A DNA stretch of 64,000 nt from a virus (Duplodnaviria > Heunggongvirae > Uroviricota > Caudoviricetes), in the IMG/VR virus record IMGVR_UViG_3300045988_007243; one strand, given 5' to 3'. Positions 57,629 to 64,000 of this stretch are shown one piece after another. Position numbers and translations under genes: made by a program. Positions within the stretch are counted from its first letter, which is position 1. Every line of letters starts with the position of its first letter. The notes beneath the pieces are model-generated. The model had not been told where the DNA came from, did not search any database, and saw only the letters and a list, made by a program, of their open reading frames with translations.

Positions 57629-58801
57629 TTAAGCTGTTCTCTGCCATACATACAGTACGAAGGATGGCTGTTCAATATTAACCGCCTGACCTCCACCAAC
57701 ACTATTTGTATTGCCACTATGTGTATGTTCAGAAGAAGAAACTGTTACAGTGCCACTATGCGTATGTGAACCAATACCAACTGTGTGGCTGTGAGCACCA
57801 ATACCAACTGCGTGGCTGTGGTTACCAGATGCACCAGATGTAACGCTAAAACTGTGTGAGTGTGCACCGTCACTGGATGTCCTTGATGTTCTCAATGCAC
57901 CACCACCATCAGAGTCAGCTACAGCATTACCAGTACCATCATTTTCTCTAGGGTACACATCATGGTTGTGAGTGCCATTTGTGCTAGTGTTACCTGACAC
58001 ACTGTGTGTATGGTTACCAGTTGTGTTAGTAGCTTTTGTCCCATAGTCAAAAGAGTTTGTAGTCTTAGTCCCATAATCAAAAGCTGAAATTGACACAGTT
58101 GCATTATGAGTGTGACCACCACCACTAAGTGACACAGAGTGGGAGTGTTGAGGCATGTTATTAACTGACAAAGTGACAGTTGAAGCACCAAATACAGAAC
58201 CTGCTGGTCTTGTATCAGAGTCATAGCCAACCAATGCCCTGCCTTTTGAAACTAACTCCCAAGTACCTCCACAAATTAAGTATGTAGAAGGGTTTGCAGA
58301 GTTCATAGAAAGATGGATAGTACCTACTGGATAAGAAGCCTGAACAGCCTTGTACAAGTTATTTACTGCTCTTGCTGTAGCATACTTATCTGCATCTTCG
58401 TTATAAAGGTTAGATGTTGTCCAGTTCTGAACATTACTCAATCCTACCTGTGCCTTAGTTGTATTATGTGGGTTGCTCTTGTCCTGAATATGCTGTTGAA
58501 CAAGATTATTAACCTCTTCTGAAGACATAATCTGTAGATTTGCTCTTGCCTGAGCTACATTAGTAACGTCTGATAAGTTATTTGCAGCAACTAACTGAAG
58601 AGCATTAATAACGTTATCTAAACCAATTTGTGTTTTAGTCACACCATGAGGGTTATTTCTTAGGCTTGAGTGTGGAGCAAGTAATTGCTCAAGAGTACAT
58701 CTCTTATCCTCAATACCCTGCTTAAGATGGAAGATATCACTAAGGTCAATTGGTAAGGCTGCTTGAGGCAAGGCACTAATTTGAATTTCACCTACTGCCA
58801 T
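57629..58801 (-). CDS. Tail fibre protein with His-rich HxH repeats
   Basis: HSHSVSLSGGGHTHNATV, HTHSVSGNTSTNGTHNH, AHSHSFS, HSHAVGIGAHSHTVGIGSHTHSG; C-terminus ends WQRTA like the neighbour (WVRTA); shares an identical 24-nt DNA segment with 55231..57582. Confidence 0.65.
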   Translation of the reverse strand: MAVGEIQISALPQAALPIDLSDIFHLKQGIEDKRCTLEQLLAPHSSLRNNPHGVTKTQIGLDNVINALQLVAANNLSDVTNVAQARANLQIMSSEEVNNLVQQHIQDKSNPHNTTKAQVGLSNVQNWTTSNLYNEDADKYATARAVNNLYKAVQASYPVGTIHLSMNSANPSTYLICGGTWELVSKGRALVGYDSDTRPAGSVFGASTVTLSVNNMPQHSHSVSLSGGGHTHNATVSISAFDYGTKTTNSFDYGTKATNTTGNHTHSVSGNTSTNGTHNHDVYPRENDGTGNAVADSDGGGALRTSRTSSDGAHSHSFSVTSGASGNHSHAVGIGAHSHTVGIGSHTHSGTVTVSSSEHTHSGNTNSVGGGQAVNIEQPSFVLYVWQRTA

Positions 58802-58803
58802 TA

Positions 58804-64000
<5,197 letters not shown>

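Overview
The window is a contiguous 64 kb piece of a virulent tailed dsDNA phage genome with a Gram-negative-type host signature (TTGACA-N17-TAAATT promoters, GGAG-type RBS, hairpin plus T-run terminators). The gene content resembles Felix O1-like or T-even-like myoviruses, but no database search was possible, so all calls rest on motifs read directly from the translations. Layout: (1) 1-5772, plus strand: the 3' end of an Ig-like repeat protein, a GH24 endolysin, then an operon of 11 small unknown genes. (2) 5810-7436: a 1.6 kb ORF-free, G-poor region packed with phased short iterons. (3) 7492-12540, minus strand: an array of about 13 small early genes, each behind a near-identical promoter/stem-loop/RBS cassette. 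(4) 12984-43174, minus strand: macro-domain protein, spanin-like pair, SLT-domain protein, rIIB/rIIA, a NAMPT-like plus Prs-like pair, nrdG, nrdD (split by a td-like group I intron carrying an HNH gene), glutaredoxin, nrdB, nrdA, GIY-YIG and HNH endonucleases, T7 gp6-like exonuclease, gp2.5-like SSB, gp4-like primase-helicase, dNMP kinase. (5) 43432-54547, plus strand: T7-like family A DNA polymerase split in motif B by an intron carrying an HNH gene, DNA ligase, two structured repeat clusters flanking a two-gene cassette, HTH regulator, DHFR, thymidylate synthase. (6) 54585-64000, minus strand: two His-rich tail fibre genes and a P2/Mu-like baseplate module. The most interesting unexplained signals are the two repeat clusters with covarying hairpins (49130-51063), the iteron region (5810-7436), the NAMPT-like/Prs-like pair as a possible NARP1-type NAD+ reconstitution module, and a candidate ADP-ribosyltransferase plus macro-domain pair. 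Coordinates of regulatory elements are approximate (a few nt); antisense ORFs in the six-frame track were treated as spurious.
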